64,000 bases of DNA from Coraliomargarita sp. (GTDB taxonomy: Bacteria; Verrucomicrobiota; Verrucomicrobiia; Opitutales; Coraliomargaritaceae): assembly GCA_965216325.1 (NCBI GenBank), contig OZ244160.1, forward strand, positions 416,001 to 480,000. Direction: 5' to 3'. The notes under the pieces were generated by a model, which was given only the letters and a program-made list of their open reading frames with translations, made no database searches and was not told the DNA's origin. A program made the position numbers and the translations under genes. Positions 51,195 to 59,608 of the stretch are shown here, piece after piece. How positions within the stretch are numbered: position 1 is the stretch's first letter; each line of letters starts with the position of its first letter.

Positions 51195-51800
51195 ATGAAA
51201 AAATTACACACCCTTACAGTAATCGCAGCCTTCGGCCTCAGCGCCCTCTCGGCCCAAGCGTCCATCGTCCTGCCTGACGCTGGAAACTCAGTTACTTTTG
51301 AGGCAGAAGCCTATGATGCGGAATCGGGCACTGTAATTGTAGCCGATGCTACTAATGCATCAGGTGGCTTTTATGTCGACAGCCTTGCTGCCTCGGCGGC
51401 TGGTGGTGGTAATGGTGACTTTATCAGCTTTAACATCAGTAACCTAGACACCGCGCTGACTTATGAAATTACTTTTAATTACCGTAATAACTCCAACGTC
51501 GGAGATAAGTCTACGGAGTGGGAATTTTATGGAGTGACGGGTGGCTCCACTTACACATTGCTAACGTCGATCGTTGCTCCATCTACCGGTGCTTGGAGTG
51601 GTCCTTTTTTCGAAGCGCCCACATCTACTGGCTTCAATATCGCTGCAGGCACGACCGCCATTCAGGTGGAAAACCTTACTGCTGGTAACTTTTCTCACCT
51701 TGACTCTTTCACGATTTCGGCGATCCCCGAGCCCGGCACCTATGCGCTGCTGGCTGGCCTGACAGGCCTCGTCTTCGTAATGATACGTCGCCGCCGCTAG
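51195..51800 (+). CDS. PEP-CTERM protein with a CBM6/35-like core
   Basis: VTFEAEAY...ASGGFYV; tail DNA near-identical to that of 49663..50457 (50384-50683 vs 51724-52027). Confidence 0.9.
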   Translation: MKKLHTLTVIAAFGLSALSAQASIVLPDAGNSVTFEAEAYDAESGTVIVADATNASGGFYVDSLAASAAGGGNGDFISFNISNLDTALTYEITFNYRNNSNVGDKSTEWEFYGVTGGSTYTLLTSIVAPSTGAWSGPFFEAPTSTGFNIAAGTTAIQVENLTAGNFSHLDSFTISAIPEPGTYALLAGLTGLVFVMIRRRR

Positions 51801-52943
51801 GTTCTGAGCTTATTTTCGAATGCTTGTCGATTCGACGGGCTGCAAGGTGACGGAATGATTTTTTTCATATAGGGTCACCTATTAGGGTAAAGGCCGCGCT
51901 TGGGGAGCGCGGCCTTTTTTTGGTTCTTCGTCAATTATCGTGAAAGGGATAGCAAGGAAGCGGGATTGAAGTTCATAGAGGTTCTTCGAGATTTTCAGTG
52001 GATGCTTGCACTGTTAGGCGTTCAAGGCACTTCAGCTTTGGTTACGTGGCTTTTAACCACCGATGACTCCGATGACCACCGATTGCTTTGCTTCAGTCGC
52101 ACTCGTCTCTGTGCGCATCGGTGTGATCGGTGGTTCGTCAATGCACTTCTGCGTCGGTGGCTTCCTTTAGGCCGCCACCCCGTAGGTCAGGGGGGGGGGG
52201 GGGTAGACAGTGGGAGTCTGGTACCCAGGTGCCCAAGCTGTTTTTAGTGTTTTCAGGGACAGGCTATAATAATACCGATTCGCAAAGGTTTGACCTGATA
52301 GGCACCACCCCGTCTCGCTTCGCGATCCACCCCTCCTCGTCAAGGAGGGGAGCTAAAGAAGCTCCTCCCCTGCGAAGGGGAGGTCATCCCGCTAGCGGGA
52401 TGGGAGGGGTATTTTAGCCCAGACCTTTATTGAACTGGTATAAGAATCCAGCGGAGCTGGAGACCGCTTATTCCCGCTTATGGACGCTTATTTTTAAGAT
52501 TTAAATTCTGAGGCACGTCGTGCTGGATAAGCGTAAATTAGCGTTCATAAGCGGTTAAAAAAATCTGGGTTCATTTCTTCTGCAGGCTGTTTTTAGTGTT
52601 TTTAGGGACAGGCTATAATAAGAGTCTTCTTAATTCCGTTTTTTGTTCACAACCGCTACGCTAGCACCCAAGGGCATAATAAAGGGCCCTTCCTCCTTCG
52701 CTATGCAAGCTACGGCGGACATGCCGGGCGAGGATGGGGAGTATACATTGCTGTGGCATTCTTTTCCTAAACTCCTTCCCTTGCGCAAGCGGTTGTAAAA
52801 AATTACGTAGCCTCAGTCAAAGAAGCTTAGTGCGAAGCCCGCTAAATCAGTGGTTCTATGCACCCACTCCCCAGTAAATGACGATGAACCTAAAAAGAGC
52901 CCGGAACATCTCGAAGAACCACGTGGGACTGATACGACAAGGG

Positions 52944-52990
52944 GCACGGTCGATTGACCGTGTTTACAGTATTTTGTTTTCTGCTAATGT
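52944..52990 (+). promoter_or_regulatory. Palindromic operator 11 plus promoter
   Basis: GCACGGTCGATTGACCGTGT at 52944-52963; -35 TTTACA, 16 bp, TGn-TAATGT. Confidence 0.8.
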
Positions 52991-53064
52991 GAGGTGCGCT
53001 GGTATGAAGAGGCGGTCTTCGACCTGAGGATACAAAACACGACGCTCCCCCTGAAAGCTAAAAG

Positions 53065-53907
53065 ATGAGATCTAAATTAGAAATATACATGCAAGCCGCC
53101 GCCACTCTGATCGTGGCAGGAGCATTCGCATCCGTTCATGCTGTTACAGTCACTTGGGATGGCAGTGAAGGCGACCGCGAATGGGGCACCGCCGCGAACT
53201 GGGATCCTGCAGCGCCCGGGAATGGCGACGACGTGATCATTGGGAATGGGGACACCGTCAACATTACCGGAAAAATTCTGACGAGTAATCTCAACATCAT
53301 CCTCAGCGGTGGCTCAGATTTAACCTATACGGGCGCAAAGGGTGCTGCTCAGTTTGACATGGAAAGCGCCTCAATTGCTTTCGGCGCAGGCTCAGACCTA
53401 TCATTGGCTGGAACCATCAGGATCTCGAACAGTGCCAGTCTGGCGTTTGACGATGGGGCTACGCTCGGTGGGGCTGTGGATATGGAGTTCCGAGAGAGCA
53501 GTGCTGGCCTACAGTTTAATCTCGGAGCCACTGGCTTCACGACCATTACACCTGGTGGTTTGAACTTCTGGAATGACTCTGATGAATTCTGGAATTTATC
53601 AAACATAAACTTCACCGTCGACTTTGCGAATTATACCGGCGAATCGGGGACGATCACCTTGATCGACTGGGACACTGACATGAAAGACGCCAATACCACA
53701 CAAGCCCTGCTGGATGCGGCCACCCAAAATTTTATTAATGCCGCCGGCTACGAAAACATTGTTCTCACCTGGGATGAGGACGCGACTGCCATCAACCTGA
53801 GCTTCGACACCGACGACACCGTCGACATTCCCGAGCCATCCTATCTCGCTGCGCTCCTTGGACTGCTTGGGGCTTTTGCTGTGATCCTGCGCAGGCAGCG
53901 TAGCTAG
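53065..53907 (+). CDS. PEP-CTERM protein, paralog of the 49663..50457 core with a different tail
   Basis: VTWDG...WGTAANW, LQFNLGATGFTT, QALLDAATQ; tail IPEPSYLAALLGLLGAFAVILRRQRS. Confidence 0.9.
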   Translation: MRSKLEIYMQAAATLIVAGAFASVHAVTVTWDGSEGDREWGTAANWDPAAPGNGDDVIIGNGDTVNITGKILTSNLNIILSGGSDLTYTGAKGAAQFDMESASIAFGAGSDLSLAGTIRISNSASLAFDDGATLGGAVDMEFRESSAGLQFNLGATGFTTITPGGLNFWNDSDEFWNLSNINFTVDFANYTGESGTITLIDWDTDMKDANTTQALLDAATQNFINAAGYENIVLTWDEDATAINLSFDTDDTVDIPEPSYLAALLGLLGAFAVILRRQRS

Positions 53908-54224
53908 AACAGCTGGAAGGGCCGCCTTGCGGCTATTCCTGGCTCTACCGAATATATATTACGGCCTAGCAGCCCGTCGGACTGGAGTGTCCTTCCTGCA
54001 ATCGTCGTTTTTTACCTCTTCTCCAGAATCTGAGGGTATGACTCAGTAGAATCGCCATCTATGCCAGTGCGCTAGAGCGGGGGAGATTGGGAGGGAGGCT
54101 TTGTTCATCCTAAAAAGATGAGTCATGGAACCTATTAATGGCTTCGCCATTTTGGTGGATAAGTGTGCTCTTTGCTTTCACTGAACTACCTTAACTCATT
54201 TTTTAGGTTGAATGGGCTGCCACC

Positions 54225-54443
54225 TCATCCAGCTTGAACGCCAAACGTGAGGCTGAGATCAATGGTTCCTGCTGCACCCGTGTTGTCGATGAAGTTGCTG
54301 ATGGAGTTGCCTCCTGCGCTGGTCATGTTGTTCCAGTTGCCAGAAGTTGTGCCCGCGACGTCAGAGAAGTCGATCAACGACGTGGCTGCACTTGCAAAGC
54401 CGGCCGTCGCGATGAAGGTGGCGATTGTAATCGTTTTGTATAA
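54225..54443 (-). pseudogene. Start-less remnant of a secreted (PEP-CTERM-like) gene
   Basis: Minus strand reads LYKTITIATFIATAGFASAATSLIDFSDVAGTTSGNWNN...GVQAG*; no ATG; directly downstream of operator 12. Confidence 0.65.
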
Positions 54444-54462
54444 TACCCCCCCAGAAACCTCA

Positions 54463-54482
54463 ACACGGTCATTTGACCGTGT
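54463..54482 (-). promoter_or_regulatory. Palindromic operator 12 (30-bp near-perfect palindrome at 54458-54487)
   Basis: CCTCAACACGGTCATTTGACCGTGTTGAGG; no properly spaced -10 on either side. Confidence 0.75.
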
Positions 54483-54507
54483 TGAGGGGTGTTTTTCTGC
54501 GAGCGTG

Positions 54508-55383
54508 TTACTTTTGAATTTGCCACTCCGGCTGGGCTAACGCATCGGTCTCTCCTTGGAGATCGCCGGCGGCAAATTGGATCCCATTCAGCCATAATTG
54601 AAGCATGTCTGGATCCCAGCACAGGTGATCATTATGGCCAAAGGCCGAGATGAACACATGACCTTGGCCGAACTTTTTCACCCAGGTCAGGGCGTGGTCA
54701 TTGTCCCGGCGTTGGTTGTTTGCTGGCGAGACCCGCGTATCCACAGTCATCAAGACTCTTTGCTTCTGACGATCGTATTCTTTGTATTTATACAATTCGT
54801 CTGAAATCTTAAAGGTGGTTTGCGGGTAGTGATCGACACAGCAGTGCTGCGGGTCGTCGATACTGATTCCATAGGTTCCTTTTTGATTCCATGGGTGACC
54901 ATCAAAGACGCCACCCACGAGTTCGACATATTCCGGCCATTCTGGATGCCCCGCATCGGTGGCACCATGGATGGCGACAAAGCCTCCACCATTTTTAATG
55001 AAATCAAGAATGGCATTACGGGATTCCGGTGTTTGAAAGGCCTTCTGAAGCTTTGTGGTATTATTAAAAATCAGCAGGTCATAGTTTTTCAGCTTCTCTG
55101 CGGTGAAGTCTTCGGCCTGATCGGAAAAGTCTGCGGTAAATGCCCCTGTTTCCTTGCCCATGATGTCTAAGCATACATTTATGGTTGGAATAGACCCGTG
55201 GCGATAACCTGAAGCTTTGTAATAGACCAGCGCCTTGCGGGGCGTCTCTAACTGGACCTTGGCTTGGATGTCCATGGCCTGCGTGATTTGTTCACGATGC
55301 TTGTCGTTGAAGGGTCCTTGAGCTGCATATCCAGTCGTGATCGACAGGGAAATTAGTAGTGCGATGATTTTAATTTTCTTCAT
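54508..55383 (-). CDS. ThuA-like domain protein
   Basis: GYRHGSIP, YDLLIFNNTT, GGGFVAIHGA, GGVFDGHPW, DELY, GHVFISAFGH. Confidence 0.88.
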   Translation of the reverse strand: MKKIKIIALLISLSITTGYAAQGPFNDKHREQITQAMDIQAKVQLETPRKALVYYKASGYRHGSIPTINVCLDIMGKETGAFTADFSDQAEDFTAEKLKNYDLLIFNNTTKLQKAFQTPESRNAILDFIKNGGGFVAIHGATDAGHPEWPEYVELVGGVFDGHPWNQKGTYGISIDDPQHCCVDHYPQTTFKISDELYKYKEYDRQKQRVLMTVDTRVSPANNQRRDNDHALTWVKKFGQGHVFISAFGHNDHLCWDPDMLQLWLNGIQFAAGDLQGETDALAQPEWQIQK

Positions 55384-55414
55384 ATTGGTTCTTTTGTTAT
55401 ATTTCTGAGTGATC

Positions 55415-57406
55415 TTAAAAGTCGCCCTTTGGGAATAGCGTGGTCCGCAGTAAGGTGGCGCCTGAGGGTTCGAGTGTGAGTTCTACTTGCGCACTCTCCA
55501 CTTCGAGTGTGGTGGGGAAATCCGTGGCAATCGCACCTGGATTCAGTCCCCATGCTTGATCGCCTTGACCGAGCGCCCAGTTGGTCACTTTTCGGGCGGG
55601 CACGTTGATCTGAATGGGGGATTGCCCGGCATCCCATGGATACCCCTGTGTCGGTGATTGGATGACTGTTATGTCGTCTGGGGTGAGCGTTGAGGAAAGC
55701 GCATAGGCCCAACCCACAGGATTCACCGGTAGGTATTGATAGGCCGGAAACTGAGGGCTTGCTTTACCCGCTGGAGAGTCCGTGGTGACGATCTGCTTGG
55801 CAGGTACGGGATAGGAGAAAACCAGAGGGCCATAATTGATCGCCTGACCACGGCCAATGCGGTCGATGACGGGTGCTGCCTCAAACGCGATTGCCACTTG
55901 ATCGCCGGCTTTGAAGACTCGCTTCAGTTCCGCAAAAAAGCTGCTTTCTTTGCCGCTAAGGATCGTTTTGCCGTTTAGGTTGATACTGTAGGATTCTGCC
56001 CAGCCGGGAACTCTGAGTGCCAGGGTGATCTCATTGGCTGGCGCATGATCGATTGCGATATTCACCGTGTGCTCAAAAGGATAATTGGTTTTCTGAGTGA
56101 GGGTCAGTTTGCCTTGTGGCATCGGTAGCTCGACCGTGCTTGGCAGGTAGAGTGCGACACTGGCACGATCGCCTTCGACCAGGCACATACGGTTGAGGAA
56201 GGTGGGGAACATACGGTGCACATTCCCGGTGCAGCACTCGGTATCATGGCCGGGGCGGTAACACATGCGACCTTGCCCCAGCTTGCCCCAACCGGAGTCA
56301 TTATTATAGAAACTGGAGTCGTTTCTGCTGATGGGGACATTGGGGGTGCCGTAGTATTGGTGCGCCTTAAAATCGCTGGTGATGGAGCCAAATCCGGCGT
56401 TGTAGAGCACCTTCTCCATTTTATCCGCATACTTGGCATCTCCAGTCGCGAGCAAGGCATAGCCGGCACTCCAGTTGAAGTCGATGGCATTGCAGAGTTC
56501 GTGTGCTTGAATGGGGCTTTTGCCGCTTAATTCCTCAGTTGCGCTCGATAAGCCACATGCCAATTCATGTTGTTCGCTGAGCATCTCGAACGCGCGCTCG
56601 AATCCTTTGCGGTAGATCTCTTTGCCTGTAGCAGTGTAGAGAATCGCGGGAAGCTTTAGGAATTCGTGGTAGGTAACCGCGTGTCCTTCCGGATCGACAC
56701 CCTCCGCCATGCCCTGAGCCATCACCGTCGCGAGAGCGGGGCCTGCTGTTTGGTAAAGACGTTCTGCTGCGTCGGTGTAAAACCTGTCCTTGGTGATTTC
56801 AGCCAAGGCACACAGGTGCTCAACATGGAGCAAAGAACGGGCCTTGAAACTGAGTCGATCGATCTGGGGAAAACTGGCGTCACGACTGTAAACGGCGCGA
56901 TAGTGTTTTTGGATGGCAGCAAGCAGTTCCGCATCTTGGGTGTTTGCATACTCCTCAAATAAGATGCGCATAAAGACCACCATCGGCCACCAGTCATTCT
57001 CGATTTTATCGGCTCTGAGGGTTCCGTCCGCATCGGCATGATCCAGCACATAACGGATATTTTTTCGGACTCTTTCGAGCATCTCTGGCGACTGATTGAT
57101 ATAGCCGCAGCGCAGTGCGCCATCGAGATAATAACCGGTCTGCTCATAGGGCCACCATCCTGATCCATATTGGCCGAACTCGCGGTCTGCGACGTCCATG
57201 GGGCCGGTCCACATGCCGGTGTTGAACGGATAGCCACTCTGCTCCGGGTGACCGGTGAGGCCGTCCTCCTGACGCTTTATAAATTCCTTGGCCCAACCGT
57301 GAAGTCGAATGGAGCTGCTGGCTAGGTCATGCCGTTTGATCACCATCGGTTTATTCGCGGTATCGGAGTCATTGGCCACAGCATTGTCACCTATAATGAG
57401 GCACAT
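55415..57406 (-). CDS. GH127/GH146-like (beta-L-arabinofuranosidase-domain) glycoside hydrolase
   Basis: WWPYEQTGYYLDG, GHAVTY, HELCNAID, EKVLYNA, ECCTGN, QKTNYPF, LRVPGWA, YGPLVF. 5' end possibly frameshifted from ATG 57483. Confidence 0.85.
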   Translation of the reverse strand: MCLIIGDNAVANDSDTANKPMVIKRHDLASSSIRLHGWAKEFIKRQEDGLTGHPEQSGYPFNTGMWTGPMDVADREFGQYGSGWWPYEQTGYYLDGALRCGYINQSPEMLERVRKNIRYVLDHADADGTLRADKIENDWWPMVVFMRILFEEYANTQDAELLAAIQKHYRAVYSRDASFPQIDRLSFKARSLLHVEHLCALAEITKDRFYTDAAERLYQTAGPALATVMAQGMAEGVDPEGHAVTYHEFLKLPAILYTATGKEIYRKGFERAFEMLSEQHELACGLSSATEELSGKSPIQAHELCNAIDFNWSAGYALLATGDAKYADKMEKVLYNAGFGSITSDFKAHQYYGTPNVPISRNDSSFYNNDSGWGKLGQGRMCYRPGHDTECCTGNVHRMFPTFLNRMCLVEGDRASVALYLPSTVELPMPQGKLTLTQKTNYPFEHTVNIAIDHAPANEITLALRVPGWAESYSINLNGKTILSGKESSFFAELKRVFKAGDQVAIAFEAAPVIDRIGRGQAINYGPLVFSYPVPAKQIVTTDSPAGKASPQFPAYQYLPVNPVGWAYALSSTLTPDDITVIQSPTQGYPWDAGQSPIQINVPARKVTNWALGQGDQAWGLNPGAIATDFPTTLEVESAQVELTLEPSGATLLRTTLFPKGDF

Positions 57407-57618
57407 GTGGTGGGCAGGATGGAGGCGAGTGTCGCACTTGGCCTGAGGAAGCGACGGTGGGGGGATTGGCGTGATGAATGCATGGGGCAGTGGATGAGTG
57501 GTGATGTCAATAGAAGAGAGTAATAATTGGGAGGGGAGGGGGGCTTAGGTAGCTGAGCTGAAGATGGGAGCGTATGGAGGTCTATCTCGAGATCGAAATT
57601 CAGCTCACAGGCGGACAC

Positions 57619-57665
57619 ACAGTAATGAACATTTCAATTCTGTAAACACGGCCAATCGACCGTGT
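57619..57665 (-). promoter_or_regulatory. Palindromic operator 13 plus promoter (minus strand, toward the GH127-like gene)
   Basis: Minus strand ACACGGTCGATTGGCCGTGT at 57665-57646; -35 TTTACA, 16 bp, -10 TACTGT. Confidence 0.8.
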
Positions 57666-57891
57666 ATCGTCATTTTCAGCCCCAAATTGGGGGGGGATTA
57701 TACCACTTGGTGAAACAAACGAGACGAATGACTTGGTAGAACATTTTTTGATACCGCTCATCCCGAACACTCGATGTAGACCGTCTTGGCCAGCGGTGGC
57801 TTCTGGTCGCTGTCAGTCATTAGGGGCAAAAAAAATGGATGGGGCGGTAAGCGGGAAAAGGGGCAAGGATAAGATAACATGGGGCAAAGAG

Positions 57892-57939
57892 ACACGGTCA
57901 TTTGACCGTGTTGTCAGATTTTTTTTTTTATGGTAGTGT
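57892..57939 (+). promoter_or_regulatory. Palindromic operator 14 plus promoter with a T11 spacer tract
   Basis: ACACGGTCATTTGACCGTGT at 57892-57911; -35 TTGTCA, 17 bp, TGn-TAGTGT. Confidence 0.82.
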
Positions 57940-58027
57940 GTATAGACGTTGCACTTTCAATCGTGAATGAACCCTCGTGTGGACCCTGCAGGGTGCTCCT
58001 AAAGTTAAACCAAACACTCGCTAAGGC

Positions 58028-58714
58028 ATGAATAAACTCAATCCAACATCGACAGTCCTTCTGCGCTCGGTCGCGGCGATGGCCGGCATCGTCCTGACCG
58101 CGACCTCGGCCCAAGCGGCGACTATTACATCAGTCGCATTCAACGGCGGCAACGACCAGTCCCAGATCGTCAACACAGGAGGCACCCTCGTGTCAGCCGC
58201 GAACTTTGGCGAAGCGGCGGTCACCATTAATGGGATCGCCCACGCTGCGGGGTCCCTCAATGGAGCCAATCTGACCCTTAACGAAGACTATGAGGGCGCC
58301 TACCGAAACCTTGATTCCGAAGCAGGTGCCACTGGAGCGGGGGCTACTGATGAAATGTTCACTTTGCTCAGCAGCATGGCGGGGTTTAACACCTCGCCCC
58401 TAACTCTGGACATTAGCGGCCTCACTATAGGGCAAGACTACCTTTTCCAGGCGTATTGGGAGGCTAACGCCGGAGAGACACTTTCGGTGAACTTCGAGGG
58501 CGTTACTGCAGACATCGACGATGATATAAAGGGCGTTCTGATCTCGTACACGTTCACCGCAGGCGACGACACGTTTAACGCGACATTTGAAAATGACACT
58601 TCTGGGAATTGGGTACAAGGCTACTCGCTACAAGCCATCCCCGAGCCATCCTCCGCCGCGGCTCTCTTTGGAGTTGTTGGACTTTGTGCTGTGGCCCTGC
58701 GCCGTAGGAAGTAA
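58028..58714 (+). CDS. PEP-CTERM sorting domain protein
   Basis: Signal peptide; tail IPEPSSAAALFGVVGLCAVALRRRK. Confidence 0.92.
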   Translation: MNKLNPTSTVLLRSVAAMAGIVLTATSAQAATITSVAFNGGNDQSQIVNTGGTLVSAANFGEAAVTINGIAHAAGSLNGANLTLNEDYEGAYRNLDSEAGATGAGATDEMFTLLSSMAGFNTSPLTLDISGLTIGQDYLFQAYWEANAGETLSVNFEGVTADIDDDIKGVLISYTFTAGDDTFNATFENDTSGNWVQGYSLQAIPEPSSAAALFGVVGLCAVALRRRK

Positions 58715-58929
58715 GTATCGATCTTAACCAGGGCTCCGGGCAATGATTGTTCGGGCTCACTAAAAGACTTGTAGGCAATCGCACTACAAGTCTTTTTTAT
58801 TGGTGGCATCCTGACCCCATGTCTTGACCGAAGAGAACCACTGATTCAATTCCATGGCACAAGCGAATTCCATGGTGAACGTGCTTGTTATATGATATCC
58901 TTGGGTGCGGATGTCGTTGATGTTTGTGC

Positions 58930-59180
58930 GCGCACCGGCCTGGGAATTCTCCTTGGCGATTCGAAGCACGAGATTCTCTATTTCTTCAGGCTTTTTCTGG
59001 CGTCCGGGGTATTTCCGTTTCTTCGAGCCATCGAATTTACGGGCAATCAGCCTGCGGTGCCACCTGTAGAGCGTGTCGGGTGTCACAATCGTGGCATACC
59101 GCTCAATCGCTTTGCCCAGTTTCTTCGCTTTTTCGGCCAGCTTTATGCGTTGAGCGTCAGTGAAGCGGATGCGCTTTTTG
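58930..59180 (-). mobile_element. Integrase-core (rve-type) transposase remnant
   Basis: KRIRFTDAQRIKLA...IVTPDTLYRWHRRLIARKFDGSKKR..PGR...LVLRIAKEN. Confidence 0.75.
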
Positions 59181-59284
59181 ATTTTGGATTAATTTTTGGC
59201 CATTATGGGGAAGGTGCGGGGATTGGTTGTTAGTGTTTATTAAAATTGACAATATGGCCATTTTTGTAGTTTTTTATAGGCATT

Positions 59285-59608
59285 ATGAAGCGGTCAGTGA
59301 ATTTACTCCCGCGTCAACGCCGTCAATTCACTCAACTCGGTGAACGGTTGAAGTTGGCACGTTTACGTCGCCGCCTCTCGGCTACGCTGGTGGCGGAGCG
59401 AGCTGGTATCAGTAGGGCGACGTTGCACAAGATCGAATTGGGGGATCCCCATGTGGCAATGGGGAGTTACTTTCAAGTTCTCCGAGTTTTAGGTTTGGAG
59501 GCTGATTTTGGACTGTTGGCTTTGGATGATCAAATGGGGCGTAAGCTTCAGGATTTGGATTTGGTTACAAAGAAACGGGCTCCCAGACGAAAGGCTATAA
59601 ATGGCTGA
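59285..59608 (+). CDS. hipB: XRE-family HTH antitoxin (HipB-like)
   Basis: LGERLKLARLRRRLS...VAERAGISRATLHKIELG; overlaps the hipA start. Confidence 0.8.
   Translation: MKRSVNLLPRQRRQFTQLGERLKLARLRRRLSATLVAERAGISRATLHKIELGDPHVAMGSYFQVLRVLGLEADFGLLALDDQMGRKLQDLDLVTKKRAPRRKAING

Noticed and set aside
52190..52203. G14 homopolymer as a phase-variation switch
   Set aside because: It lies in repeat debris, not within a gene or an identifiable promoter.
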